Source of the DNA: Chiloscyllium plagiosum
Lineage: Eukaryota
Length of the DNA stretch: 50,000 nt
NCBI RefSeq assembly: GCF_004010195.1
Contig: NW_025214745.1
Location: 1-50,000, forward strand
Direction of reading: 5' to 3'
The position numbers were made by a program, and so were the translations under genes. Under the pieces are notes generated by a model. The model saw only the letters and a list, made by a program, of their open reading frames with translations. It was not told where the DNA came from and searched no databases. Shown here piece by piece: positions 12,188-24,299 of this stretch. Each line of letters begins with the position of its first letter. Position 1 is the stretch's first letter.

Positions 12188-13419
12188 ACTGCCGCCCACG
12201 GTTGTGTGACTAACTGTGCAATTCTTGTTTGGAAGCTCTCTGGACAGATATTGAAGATGGCCAGTGTTCAGGAGGGAGTGGTGAGGCGCTGTAGCATTGT
12301 GTCTGAATTCAGGTTATTTTCAAAGTCATTTCTAACAGATTTTCTGACTGCAAGATGGTGTGATCTGAACACGAATTAGCTGTTCACTACTGTCCCTGAA
12401 TTTTGTAATATAGTTAGGTGCACACTCTGGTAATTTAATTATTGTTCATATAAATTGTTTTCACCTGAAACATAATCATGTTTGTTGCCAGATAGTCAAT
12501 ATAGCGCTCAGCATTGATGTTGGATCCTGTGGCTGCGAGACTGCTCTGCAGAATGTTAGAAGGGAATCCATGAAATGGAAACATATAATTGACCACATTA
12601 TCACCAATCCGCACTGCTTCAGATATACGATTCTAAATAATATAGCGGTAATAGTTGCCACTACACAGTCCTTGTGGGGAGGAAGGGCCATGGCCTCATA
12701 CTCAATGGGAAAGACCTTCAGCAGATCGTGGAACTACCAAATGCGTCTTTGAGGTGCAGTGGGCCATCAATAACAGCAGAATCATACAGTCTACAACTCA
12801 ATGAAGAGTGAAGAAGGACATGCTGGGAGCAGTACCAGAGATCTGAGTTTCTGTTCAGTTGACCGCTTGTCAAGTATTGATACGTGGGGTTTGTTGCTGC
12901 AAGGAGTTATTTCTGTTGTAACGGTTTAATTTTGGAGTTCCATCAAGTTAAAGACACAGAAGGAATTTAAATTCAGAACTGTGCATGAGGCATTTATAGC
13001 TACCCACATCCAATCTGGCACGAAGTCTCACAATGAGATCAGGAAGATACCAGGCTCTCTCTCTTGCCTGAACAGGGTCAGCTGCTCTCACCTATCCTGG
13101 AACCGAGCTCCCAAATCCAATCAGGAAGATGGCAGACTCTCTCCCAAGCCTGTGGCCATTCAGTTCCTGGTATATATTCCATTATGTAGTTCCACTGTCA
13201 GAAGAGGGACGTTCTAGGCTTGATAGTGGGCCTATGCATTTGCAGATCAACAGCGATTTTCTTTTAAAGGCCACAGCCAACCAGGTAAATCCCAGATTCT
13301 TTCCTCTGAGCCTACAAATTGCCAATCTCTGTAATATGCTTAATGTTCTACAATCCGACCGACGTCTGTAAAACCTCCTGTTTCTGTATACATTCCTACT
13401 TCTGTAATATAGGCCAAAC

Positions 13420-14130
13420 CCCACAAAGATTCCCAGTCACGAAAATCTCTCCGCCTCATTGAGTAGGTCACAAATATACCGGTGAATTGAATTTTGGAAG
13501 AGATAGCAGACGACTTTCTGGGTGGAAGAGAATTAAATTGAGAGCTTCCGGAAACAGAAACCCAACATTGCATTGGAACTGCAGGAGAATTATAAGTGAG
13601 GTTCTACTGAAAAGAATAATACTTCTATTGGGGGATTTTATCAAGATAGCTGAGGGTTGCAGCAGCAGGAAAAAGGTTTTGGAGACAGACAAACTGTCGG
13701 TACTCATGGAAGTTATAGATATATTGGGGAGTCTTACATTTGGTAGAAATTTTAGAGACAGGGAGGGCTTGAGGTATTTGCACAGACAGGGAGTGATGTG
13801 GAGGTTGGAGAAATAGGAAACTGTAACGGGGCAGACGATGGTTAGAGGATCGGGAGCAATGTAGGGACTAGAGCAAGTTACACATCTGGTTATGCATTCA
13901 AAGGGAAAACTGTAGAACCCGGAGGAAGTCAAAGCGATGTGCAGAGTTGCAGGTGCTGGAGAAAGTTGTAGATATAATGAACACTGTAGTGGCTGGAGGA
14001 GGTTATGGAGATAATAAGATTTGTCAGGGCTGGAGCGAGTTAGTGAGATTGCTGGTGGTGATGTGGACTGGAAGAAATTACAAACTTTGGAATCTTTCTG
14101 TGGATCGGGGAAGTTAAAGAGAAGAGGGGA
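13420..14130. repeat. Degenerate ~36-bp minisatellite (GGCTGGAGGAGGTTACAGAGATAGGGAGG-like)
   Basis: Recurring TGGAGGAGGTTAnnGAGATA motif, e.g. 13994 and 14031; purine-rich plus strand; same unit as 20640-22300. Confidence 0.6.
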
Positions 14131-14339
14131 GCAGTGAGGACTTGAGAATTGAAACATAGTGACTGCTGGTGATTCCAGAGAAAGAAAGTTGAAATGGCCT
14201 GCATGAGTAATTGAGATAAGGAGGGGTGCATTGGTTGATGACCGTTGTCTATATAGAAACATATTGTCAACGATCAATGAGATTACTGACAGGGGACAAT
14301 ATTGGAGTTTCAGGACTCTGAAAGTCATCACACCGAACC

Positions 14340-15850
14340 ACACAGACGTTACGGCAGAGAATGGTGTTATTTGACCCATCATGTTTGCACCAGCTCTTCA
14401 AATGAACGCATGATTGAGTGTTGATCTCCTGCTTCCCCCCATAGCATTGCACATTAGTATTAATCACAATAATTATCAAATCCCCTCCTGAATGCTTTTT
14501 CCATTGAACATGGATCGACATCACATCCAAGTGTTCTCTAACTGCTTGTCGTGTAAACAAATTCTGACCTACATCAATATTGCTTCTTTCGTACATCACA
14601 TTAAATCTGTGCCTTTTCATTTTTGTTCCCTTTATGCGTGGGAGCAGACTTGTCCGGTGTACATTCGTCAGCATGTCTATGAGTTTTAAAAAATCCATGA
14701 GATCTCCTCTTCGCCACCTTCTTTCCAACGATTTCAGTCTGACTTCATAACTGAAGTTTCTTATCCATGAAACCATTCTCGTAAATCACTTCATCGTCCT
14801 TTCCAACGTGATCACATATGTCCTATCATGTGACAAACAGAAATGTGTACAATACTCCAGTTGAGGTCTAACATGCGTTTGATACAACTTCAACCTCCTT
14901 GCTCTTGTACTCTACCTCAATCCTTATAATACGAGGAATACTCCATGCTTTACTTATGTTTAATGTCCTGTCAAATTTAATAATCTGTGCAAAAATATAA
15001 ATTAGTCCTTCCCTTCAATACTCCTTCAGATTTTACAACATATTTTGTGTTGTCTATTAATGTTCTTGCCAGCAAACTGCATTGTCTCTTGCTTTTCTAC
15101 GTCGACCTTCATGTATTATCTCCCCACTCACTCGAGCAGCTTGTCCATTTCTTTACGGAATTCTCCAATTTCCTTCAGCCCTGTGTCTACTGTAAACTTT
15201 GAAGTGGTTCGCTGCACACCAGCCCTACATCATTCATACGTATCAAAAAGAATGAGGGGAACAAAACTGACTCCTGTAGAACTTCACCGAAAGTCGTCCT
15301 CCAGCCTGAAAAAAAAAATTCTGAAATTCCTCCTGGTTTCCTATCAGTCAGTCGTTGTTTTTATCCATACTGATGCAGTCATTTATATTCCAAGAATGAA
15401 CGAATGCATAAATGAATTTACTGTCATACATATCAAGGAAAATACAGTGATTTCCTTAAGCTCTGTGTCTACTTTAAACTTTGAAGTGGTTCGCTGCACA
15501 CCAGCCCTACATCATTCATACGTATCAAAAAGAATGAGGGTAACAAAACTGACTCCTGCAGAACTTCACCGAAAGTCGTCCTCCAGCCTGAAAAATAAAT
15601 TCTGAAAATTCCTCCTGGTTTCCTATCAGTCAGTCGTTGTTTTTATCCCTACTGATGCAGTCATTTATATTCCAAGAATGAACGAATGCATAAATGAAAT
15701 TACTGCCATACATATCAAGGAAAATACAGTGAAACGTGCTTCGTAGCCCAATCCATACACATTTTCCTCCTCGATATTGTACTTTACCAGTGACTGTTTG
15801 TCGTTTGCTCTTTCTTCACAGTTTCAATCCTCTTTCCAGTGTTCAACCAG
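14340..15850 (-). mobile_element. Old CR1 LINE ORF2 3' half containing a tandem duplication
   Basis: FSYEVRLKSLERRWRRGDLMDFLK; AACATGCGTTT/CAATACTCCAGTTGAGGTCTAAC corresponds to VRPQLEYC on the minus strand. Confidence 0.7.
15169..15732. repeat. Tandem duplication, 2 x 282 bp
   Basis: 15169-15450 and 15451-15732 are near-identical (TTTCCTTnAGC...GAAAATACAGTGA). Confidence 0.95.
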
Positions 15851-15927
15851 CCTTACTTCATCTTTTACCACGCTCATTATGAGGAACCCACAGCGGAATC
15901 TCGGACAGATCTGCGTTGGCTTTCGTG

Positions 15928-17480
15928 GAGTCAGAGTCATAGAGATGTACAGCAACTTGTCCATACCGACCAGATATCCCAACTCAATCTCATCCCACCT
16001 GCCAGCAGCCAGCCTATATATCCCTGCAAAGTGTTTCTATTCATATACCCATCCAGATGCCTTTTAAATGTTGCAATTGTACGAGCCTCTACCAGTTCCT
16101 CTCGCAGCTCATTCCATACACGTACCCCCCACTGCAGGAAAACATTGCCCCTTATGTCTCTTTTACATCTATCCCCTCCCACCCTAAAACGATGACCTCT
16201 AGTACAATATCTCCAGCCCACTCCAGAGAAGAGACATTGTCTATTTATCCTATCCATGCCGCTCATGATTGTATAACCATCTAGAAGGTCTCCCCTCAGC
16301 ATCCAACGTACCAGGGAAATCAGCCCCAGCCTATTCAACCTTTCGCTGTAGCTCAAATCCTACAACCCTGGCAACATAGTTGCAAATCTTTTCTGACCCC
16401 ATTCAACTTTTAAAACACCTTTCGGATAGGAAGGAGACCAGAATTGAATGCAATGTTCCAAAGCTGGCCTAACCAGTGTTCTTTCGAGCCGCAATATGAC
16501 CTCCCAACTCTGGCCCTCAATATTCTGACCAGTAAAGGAAAGCATACCAAACGCCTTCTTCACTATCCTTTCTACCTGCTCACTCCAATTTCAAAGAGCT
16601 ATGAATCTGCACTCCAAGGTCTCGTTGTTCAGCAATACTCCCGAGGACCTTACCATTATGTGTATAAGTCCTGCTAAGATTTGCTTTCTCAAAATGGAGC
16701 ACCTCGCATTTATCTAACTAAACGTCATCTGCCTCTTCTCAGCCCATTGGCTCATCTGATCAAGATCCCGTTTTATTCTGAGGTAACCTTCTTTGCTATA
16801 CATTACACCTCCAATTTTGGACTCATCTACAAACTTACTAACGTCCCCCTCTTATGCTCACGTTGAAAAAATTATATAGATGATGAAATGTAGTGGACCC
16901 AGCACTGAGCGGCACGGTGGCACAGTGGTTAGCACTGCTGCCTCACAGCGCCAGAGATCCGGGTTCAATTCCAGACTCAGGCGACTGACTGTGTGGAGTT
17001 TGCACGTTCTCTCCGTGTCTGCGTGGGTTTCCTCCGGGTGCTCCGGTTTCCTCCCACAGTCCAAAGATGTGCAGGTTAGGTGAATTGGCCATGCTAAATT
17101 GCCCGTAGTGTTAGGTAAGGGGTAAATGTAGGGGTATGGGTGGGTTGCGCTTTGGCGGGGCGGTGTGGACTTGTTGGGCCGAAGGGCCTGTTTCCACACT
17201 GAAAGTAATCTGAACCTTGTGGCACTCCACTGGTCACAGGTCTCCAGTCTGAAATACAACTTTCCACCACCACCTTCTGACTGCTACCTTTGAGCCAGTT
17301 CTCTATCCAAATGGCTAGTTCTCCTTGAATTCCATGACATCGAAACTTGTGAGCAAATCACCGAACTGTGGGGAAACTTGGAGAACGCCTTACTGAAGTC
17401 CATATACATCATGTCCGCCACTCTGCCCTCATAAATCCGCTTTGTTCTTTTTTGTAAAAAAGTTAATCGGTTTCCCTTAA
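15928..17480 (-). mobile_element. Younger 5'-truncated CR1 LINE (RT to 3' tail), interrupted by a SINE
   Basis: YMDFSKAFSKFPH, SVLGPLHFIIYI, KKAFGMLSF...LVRPALEHCIQFWSP, SYSERLNRLGL...RGDL, and a CTCTATGACTCT-type tail at about 15930. Confidence 0.9.
16907..17211 (+). mobile_element. tRNA-derived SINE (HE1/V-SINE-like)
   Basis: Full-length copy that splits the CR1 GVPQG/SVLGP motif. Confidence 0.93.
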
Positions 17481-17649
17481 TTCTCCCCGGACTACCACCT
17501 CTACTCTGAAACTTCAGCATTCCTCCTGGTCCACAATTCGATTCCCTCGTTGACACCGATTCTATTGTAATCTTCAACGTCATCCAGGAAGCGTTGGGTA
17601 TCATTATCCTGCATTTTGTATTTGAGGAATTATTCCTGGACTAACCAAA

Positions 17650-19420
17650 ACCATATCTTCTTTGCAGGGAGCCCATTGTTCAGTTTTTCACTTTGTGGAC
17701 AACCAGGTGTTCCAGTCTGAAATTCCTGCTTCATTCTTGTACCATTAAAGCTGCTTCCTGTCTATTGACTTTTCTTGCAGTCAGCTAACGCATATCATTG
17801 TCTACCATCATCCTGTAATTTAACCTCAAATGAGTGCTGTGTTCTGGAATGTTTGTAATTGACACAGGATCCAGTTACCACATCTCTTTTACAATGACCA
17901 GGTCCAACCATGCATTCTTTCTAGGGCTGAACGCATACTCCTACTCCATGCAATCCAATGCAAACTTGCACCTCACTGCCTTGTCATTAGCAGTATGTTA
18001 GTTTATATCTGGATAATTTAAGTTTCTCAATATGACTGCTGTTAGTGTTACCATCGCGCTCAATTTTCCCTGAAAATTAATTATCTCCATCATTTCCACT
18101 AGTCGGTGGCCTTTCAGACGTTACTCACAGTGTAAATGCATACTTATTGTCCTGCAGTTTTCGATAAATTCATATTATCTTGGAGGGATCACCTTTCGCT
18201 CGGAGCAAACTACTGACTCTGTCCAAAAGCAATAATTCTACCCTTCATCATTCTTTTTTTTTTCTGTTGCTTCGGAAAACTTTATACACAGCAATATTTA
18301 ACACCGAGTCCTACCATTCCTTGAGCTAACTCTTGATAACACTGACATCATCAGATTACCACACACTAAACTACATCTGTGGGTTCCCGAACTCCATGAA
18401 TCCAATCGATGGAGAGTAACTACAATTTGGACTTACTTTCTTATTCCATCGGCCATTGTTACACCTAGTGTTGTAGATTAGTACCAGCTGCATCTCCAAG
18501 TATTGTGAAAATCCCGGTCGTCTCCACTACTATGCACTTCCGGTTCCCATACCTTAACCAAGTTAGTTTAAAAATCTCCCAAATACCCCACGAGGAAATC
18601 AGTCCCAACTCTGTCATTAGCGAACCTGCCCAGCTTCTGAAGTTGCTGTATTTCCTAAAACCCATCCCAAATACCCCAGGAATCTGAAATCTCTCCTGCT
18701 GCATTATCTTTCCACCTTTGATTCATTTAACATTCCTAGTTCTTTACTGCCTTGTACACAGCAATCGGAGTATTGCACGATTGCTATTTTTGAGGTCTTG
18801 CTTCCTCAACATCCACCATCTTCCCGAAATTCGATTCCCATCTTATCCTTCCTACCCATTTCATTCCTACCAACATGAACATGAGCTTCAGCTGCTCACT
18901 GTCCCCCAGACTAATAAACTGCAGATGCAGTGATATTCTTGACTCCACCATGGCAGAGTTACATTGCCAGCCAGAGAAGCGCTTGCATCTTCATCAACTT
19001 AATCAAACCCCTTCGAGTATCGACATTCCTTCCTTCTCTCTCCCGTCCTGTATAATCAGGTTGCTTCTGGTTGCGCAAACATTGCTCGGCCTGCGCTCCC
19101 CTGAGCAGCCTGCGGATGCATGAGCTATCAAACTGGAAATCTGATTTGTGAGTGACTCCTGAGGATTTTTGTGTCCGTTGACTGGTTCTGCTGGACTTAC
19201 TGATCACATCATCCCTTCCATATTCCTATCTGTTATCTCGGCAGTGTGGTCCACTCTCTGGATGAGCTATCCACCTAACGCTCAGTGTCACAGGTGCACC
19301 ATAAAATCTCATCGTGGTTTGAGCTCCAAATTCTGGTGTTCGTCCAAGTCGCCAGCAGCGGCTATGAATTACCAATGAAACAGAACGCATTTTCCATGTG
19401 ACTGACCTGTAATACAATGT
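17650..19420 (-). mobile_element. Very old CR1-like 5'/endonuclease region
   Basis: Residual similarity to CR1 endonuclease coding (ACCAGGTCCAA, minus-strand LDLV, about 17900); heavily decayed. Confidence 0.4.
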
Positions 19421-19576
19421 TGTCCTCGACTTATGTCATAACATTAAGATTCTTAGCCGTATGCAACGGTAGTTTACAGAACTTATATTGCTTTGTTGAC
19501 TCGAATTTTACTTCAGTCCTGGTAAAACTGAGTTAAACCATTTTTTCAGAAGAGATAAATCTAAAGTGGCTCGCGA

Positions 19577-19894
19577 GGGCGGCACGGTGGCACAGTGGTT
19601 AGCACTGATGCCTCACAGTACCAGAGACCTGGGTTCATTTCCCGTATCAGGTGACTGAATCTGTGGCGTTGGCACATTCTCCCCGTGCTAGTGTGGGTTT
19701 CCTCGGGTTGCTCCGGTTTCCTCCCACAGTCCAAAAATGTGTAGGTTAGGTGAATTGGCCACACTAAATTGCCTGTAGTGTTAGGTGAACGGGTAAATGT
19801 CGGGGAATGGGTCAGGATGGGTTGCGGTTCGGCAGGTTGGTGTGGACTTGTTTGGCCGAAGGGCCTGTTTCCACACTGTAAGTAAATAATCTAA
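19577..19894 (+). mobile_element. tRNA-derived SINE (HE1/V-SINE-like)
   Basis: Full-length, somewhat more diverged copy. Confidence 0.92.
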
Positions 19895-20027
19895 ATTTAG
19901 TGACAGTCACTATGAAGAGATTTTCCGAAAATGAACTTTCAGGTTTTTGTTTTCTGTGATGTCCCTCGTGTTTCCTTCAACCTCAGTGCAAGCAACCCTC
20001 AGCAACAGGAAGACTTGTCTTTGATTA

Positions 20028-20380
20028 CCAGGTACGTGAAATCCGCCAGCTCGAACTCCACTCTGCTCCCTCACAAGGCCACCGTCTTTGTCACTCCCAG
20101 GTACGCGTAGCTCTCCGGCTCTCACTGCACTCTGCCCCCGCAAAGTGTCACCATCTCAGTGACTCTCAGTTACGTGTAATCCACCAGCTCCAACTTCGCT
20201 CTGCTCCCTTACAGTCTTCCCGCATCTGTGGCTCCCAGGTCCGTGTACTCCTCAAGTTCCCACTCCACTCTGCTCACACACATATTTTCTGTCGCTGTGA
20301 CTCCCAGGTATGATAAGGCCTCAACCTTCAGTGCTAACTCAGATCCTCCCACTTTGCTGTTGCAATATTTCCCAGGTCTG
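20028..20380. repeat. 69-bp tandem repeat, about 5 diverged units
   Basis: YCAGGT/TCAGTT anchors at 20028, 20097, 20166, 20235, 20304 (exact 69 spacing) and 20372; shared CACTCTGCTC core. Confidence 0.85.
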
Positions 20381-20639
20381 TGTTAATGTCAAACCTTCGC
20401 TCAAGTTGCTCCCTCAGATGTTCAGTCAGTGCTGATTTGGAGACTCCTGCTCTGCTGCTTCACCAACTCCAAGTATTCGGCGACCTCGATCCTCCTTGGC
20501 GATTTAGTTTCTCCCACTCAGTGCTGGTCGCCCTTGGGACTCCCAGGTAACGGTGGACCTCAAGCACAGCTGACAGTTACAAAATCCCAATCCGCACTTC
20601 TGCCTCAAAGGATCGCTTGTGTCCCGAGACGACAGTAGA

Positions 20640-22300
20640 CAAGCGGAGGTGAATTAGACGGCATAGAGGGTATTACAGTGATTGAGAGCCCTGTAGAGGA
20701 CGGTACGATGTATATGAAAGGGGAGGGAGAGCTGCAGGGCATGACGGACTTTACTGGAAGGTGTAAGCGGAACTGCCAGAACTGAATAGACAAGGGAAGC
20801 AGATGATAGATTCTTCCTGTTTAAAGTGTTCACTCGAGTTGAAGCTCTGTAAGGTATAAACGGCTTGTGGTAAGATGGTTAAGAAATATGAATACCTGAA
20901 CAAAGGGAAAAATGACAGACATTGAGTTGGAGGTACTAGAGTCTTTGGATGTCACACTTAAGCGACTTGTAGTGACTCGAGGGTGTAAAGTTTTATGAAG
21001 CACTGCAGAAGCTGCAGTTGTTCAAGAAACCTCTGTTCCAGAAGATGTGCAAGTAAGGGAGGATTGTCAGGGCTGGATGAGACACATGGTGAGTTGTCGG
21101 GATTTGAGGAGTTAATACAGGCAGAAAAGCGTAGTAAGTCTCTGAATTATTTTATTTGCTCTCGTACACAGTCCAGCGGCTGCATCCTTAAGTATTTAGG
21201 GAGGCGATAATATATTGCAATTGGCTGTGGTAGCGTTGAAGGGATGGTTGAATCGCAGAAGTTGACTGAGACAGGGAGGTTTGGAGGGGATGCAGCATTT
21301 ACAGAGAGAGGGAAATTTTAAGGACAGAAACAAAAAACACAGCGGGCAAGTTGCAGAGTTACACAGAAAGAGAGAGAGATTGAGGTACTGGGAGGATTTG
21401 GGTAGTGGAGGAGCAAACAGATTTTGGAGTTTTATTCCATCTGGAGAGGTTTACAGATTTTACGAAGGAGGTGCAGCACCTGTGGGAGGTTCGAGACACA
21501 GTGGTCCACAGAATATGAAGGGACGGCAGCAGGCCTTACAGATGGGGAGTGATATAAGAGTTGAAGGTATGTACAGACACAGGGAGTGTTGCAAGGAACG
21601 GAGGAGTTTACAGATGGAAGGAGCGCTACAGAGGCTGGTGCAGGTTGCAAAGACAGGAAGTTCTGATGAACTAAAAAATAATCAGACAAGGAAGTTTGAA
21701 GGAGCTGAAGGTAAGAGAGACAGAAAATCTTAGGAACAGTTCTCAGTTTGTGGCTTAATGTAACAGAGGCAGGGTCGCTACACGAATTGGACGAGCACAG
21801 AAAGTTAGAGATGCTTTGGGGTATAATGCTACAGAGATAGAGAGTGCTATTGCAACCAAAGAAAGTTAGAAAGATATGGAAGGTGTTGGGCTGGAGGAGG
21901 AAACATATTGGGAGGATTTTAGGGATTGTAGGATAAGCAGTAATCTCTGTCTGGGGAAGTTGCATTGTGAGGAGATTGTGTTGGTTTAACAAATAGGGAG
22001 TGTAGTGGGGTGTGAAGGGAGTCATGGAGACAGAATGTTACATAGAGGTGCAGGTGTATGCCATTCAGTATCACGAATCTTCCCAAAGTCCAATAAAATC
22101 ACGACTGTTCATCTAACGTCCTAACCGGTTCCTGCTTTCACACCATTACTTTTGACATTGTCATGACTGGAAAAAGTTAAATGACAGGTGGTTTGGAATA
22201 ACTGGAGGAGGTAATAACTATAGGGAGGGTTGCAGTGGTGGAGGAGGCTACAGAGATTGGGAGGGAGGGAGTGACTGGAGGAGGTGACACAGATAGAGAG
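20640..22300. repeat. Degenerate ~36-bp minisatellite
   Basis: TGGAGGAGG at 22203, 22239, 22276; many TTACAGAGA/GGAGGAG echoes across the block. Confidence 0.7.
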
Positions 22301-23769
22301 AGCTGTCATGTACAATCAAAATGAAAGACATAGGGTGGCTTATTCAGACAAAACGTTGTGAAGACGTGAGGGGAGGTTTTTTTTGCGATAGAAGTGGTAG
22401 GAATCTGTAGCATGCTATCATGGGTAGTTGTGGAGGCATAGACGACAGGGGCTTTGAAGTGGTTTTTAGATAAGCACAAGACTCTACAAGTATTGAAGGG
22501 AAACAGAACAAAAGGATGCAGACGGGATTAATTAAATTTGGAGTCGTGTTCAGCACAACATCTTGGTCCTGTTCCTGTGCAGTATTGTTTCTTTCTCTAC
22601 GTAACTATTTTAACAATATCCATTAAGGAAGGATCTGAATCTATAGCAGACTCTGGCCTCTCAGGGATGAAAGACAGAGAAAAGGCCCTGGTTGAGGGGT
22701 GAGTGAGAAGGCAATAGCGTGTGTAAGAGGGAGCACCAAGAATAAATGCAAGCGTTTGTGAGGGATGCCACGTATATGAGTGGAATAAACTGGTGGCACA
22801 TACCTTAGGGACTTGCAGGTATGAGACCCTCGTTTAAAAATGACTCGAAGCAAAATAAACTATCACATAGGTTTAAAATTCTCATTGATGATGGTACCGC
22901 AGTTTAGACAATGGCAGAGACGTTATCATGAAAGACCGGGATGAACAGAGCAATGGAATCACATGAATTCAGATCCACATTTAAGGGGATCATACCAAAC
23001 CTGACCCATAAATCAGATAAGTACTAAATTTTAGATGATGTTCAATAATATTCATCTCTGAATCAATTTCATCGTAATTCGATCTAAACTCTATGGCTGG
23101 ATCTTGTAGCTGAAAAGATAGCACAGAACTGGAATCAGAAAGAAACTTCACTTGTCATATCTTCCGCTTCTCTGTACAATGAGATGACCAAAGAAATATG
23201 TTGAGAGATATTCAGATGAAACAAATATATCGCTTGGATTGTGTGCTAAACATCCACCTGTTAAAGTAGTTTCTAATATAGATCGCCATCAGTTCATGAT
23301 GGGAATTTACACAATGATTTGAGGTTTCAAGTATATTAATGGCAAGGTTATGTTGTGGAGAAGGGCTGAGAGATTTGATAGATGCATCCAATTTTAGGAT
23401 GTCATTCTGTCCTCCAGTTTTGTTCTTCCAAAGATTATTTTGGTAGCAGGGTTGTAATGCAGGAAAGAGAAAATTATTCATGAATCAAAGCAATCTTCTG
23501 TAACAATTTAATTGAATGGCAGGGTAACTATCTAGTATTTCGCGTGGTGATGAATGCCCTCTCTACTCACCACAGTCGAGGGTGGCGCATTCCAGTAACA
23601 GCTTTACCTCCGTGCTCAATGGGAGAGATGAGCTTTTACAGACGGTAAGGCTGCTAGAGCTGGAGGGAGGGATTGAGACCAAGACCGTTAATAATGCCAT
23701 TCAGTGACACCGAGCAGCTTGAAAAATAACTTATAAGGAAATGATTTGCAGGTCCGAGGTGAATCACGC

Positions 23770-23840
23770 CCATATTGGCCAGCGAACTGGACGCATGCGC
23801 GGGTTGGGCGGTGACGTCATAGTACAGGGCGGGGCCTGAT
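23770..23840. promoter_or_regulatory. Compact housekeeping-type promoter motif cluster
   Basis: Reverse CCAAT (ATTGG 23774), NRF1-like ACGCATGCGC (23791-23800), GC box GGGCGG (23806), perfect CRE TGACGTCA (23812-23819), GC box GGGCGGGG (23827); locally CpG-rich. Confidence 0.65.
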
Positions 23841-23988
23841 GCTGATTCTTGCAGCTGCTGAAAATCTGAGACCAAACAGAAAGAGCCGATGATATTCAGC
23901 AGGTCATGCTGTATATGTGGTCAGAGAAACAGTTAACAAGTTCAGTCCAGCGAGCAACTTCTACAGAACCCTTTCGCGGGTTGTGCAG

Positions 23989-24285
23989 TGTCCCGGGCGA
24001 TAGCTTTACAGAAGCTTCATCCACAGGTGGCATTTATAACAAACAGCAGTCTAATCCTCGGGTTCATCTGCAGGTGGCATTTTTAATCAACCTGTTCAGA
24101 CGTTGCAGGTATGAGACCCTCGTTTGAAAATGACTCGAAGCAAAATAAACTATCACATAGATTTAAAAGCTGTCCCGGGCGATAGCTTTGCAGAAGCTTC
24201 ATCCACAGGTGGCATTTATAACAAACAGCAGTCTAATCCTCGGGTTCATCTGCAGGTGGCATTTTTAATCAACCTGTTCAGACGT
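23989..24285. repeat. 115-bp direct repeat flanking a 66-bp copy of 22813-22878
   Basis: 23989-24103 matches 24171-24285 (1 mismatch seen); the intervening 24103-24168 matches 22813-22878 (2 mismatches seen). Confidence 0.95.
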
Positions 24286-24299
24286 GTTATGTCAGACTT

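Noticed and set aside
13129..13290. Possible ATG-to-CAG|GTAA exon
   Set aside because: No recognisable protein similarity or partner exon; cannot be supported from sequence alone.
13468..14382. Longest ORF (304 aa) as a real gene
   Set aside because: It lies on the pyrimidine-rich strand of a degenerate minisatellite plus a CR1 tail; no domain and low-information composition.
20028..20380. CRISPR-like repeat-spacer array
   Set aside because: Whole units are homologous with no unique spacers, there are no cas genes, and the context is eukaryotic.
23540..23600. Structured RNA or C/D snoRNA (GTGGTGA..TCACCAC stem, GTGATGA)
   Set aside because: Short stems only and no properly placed D box; compatible with chance.
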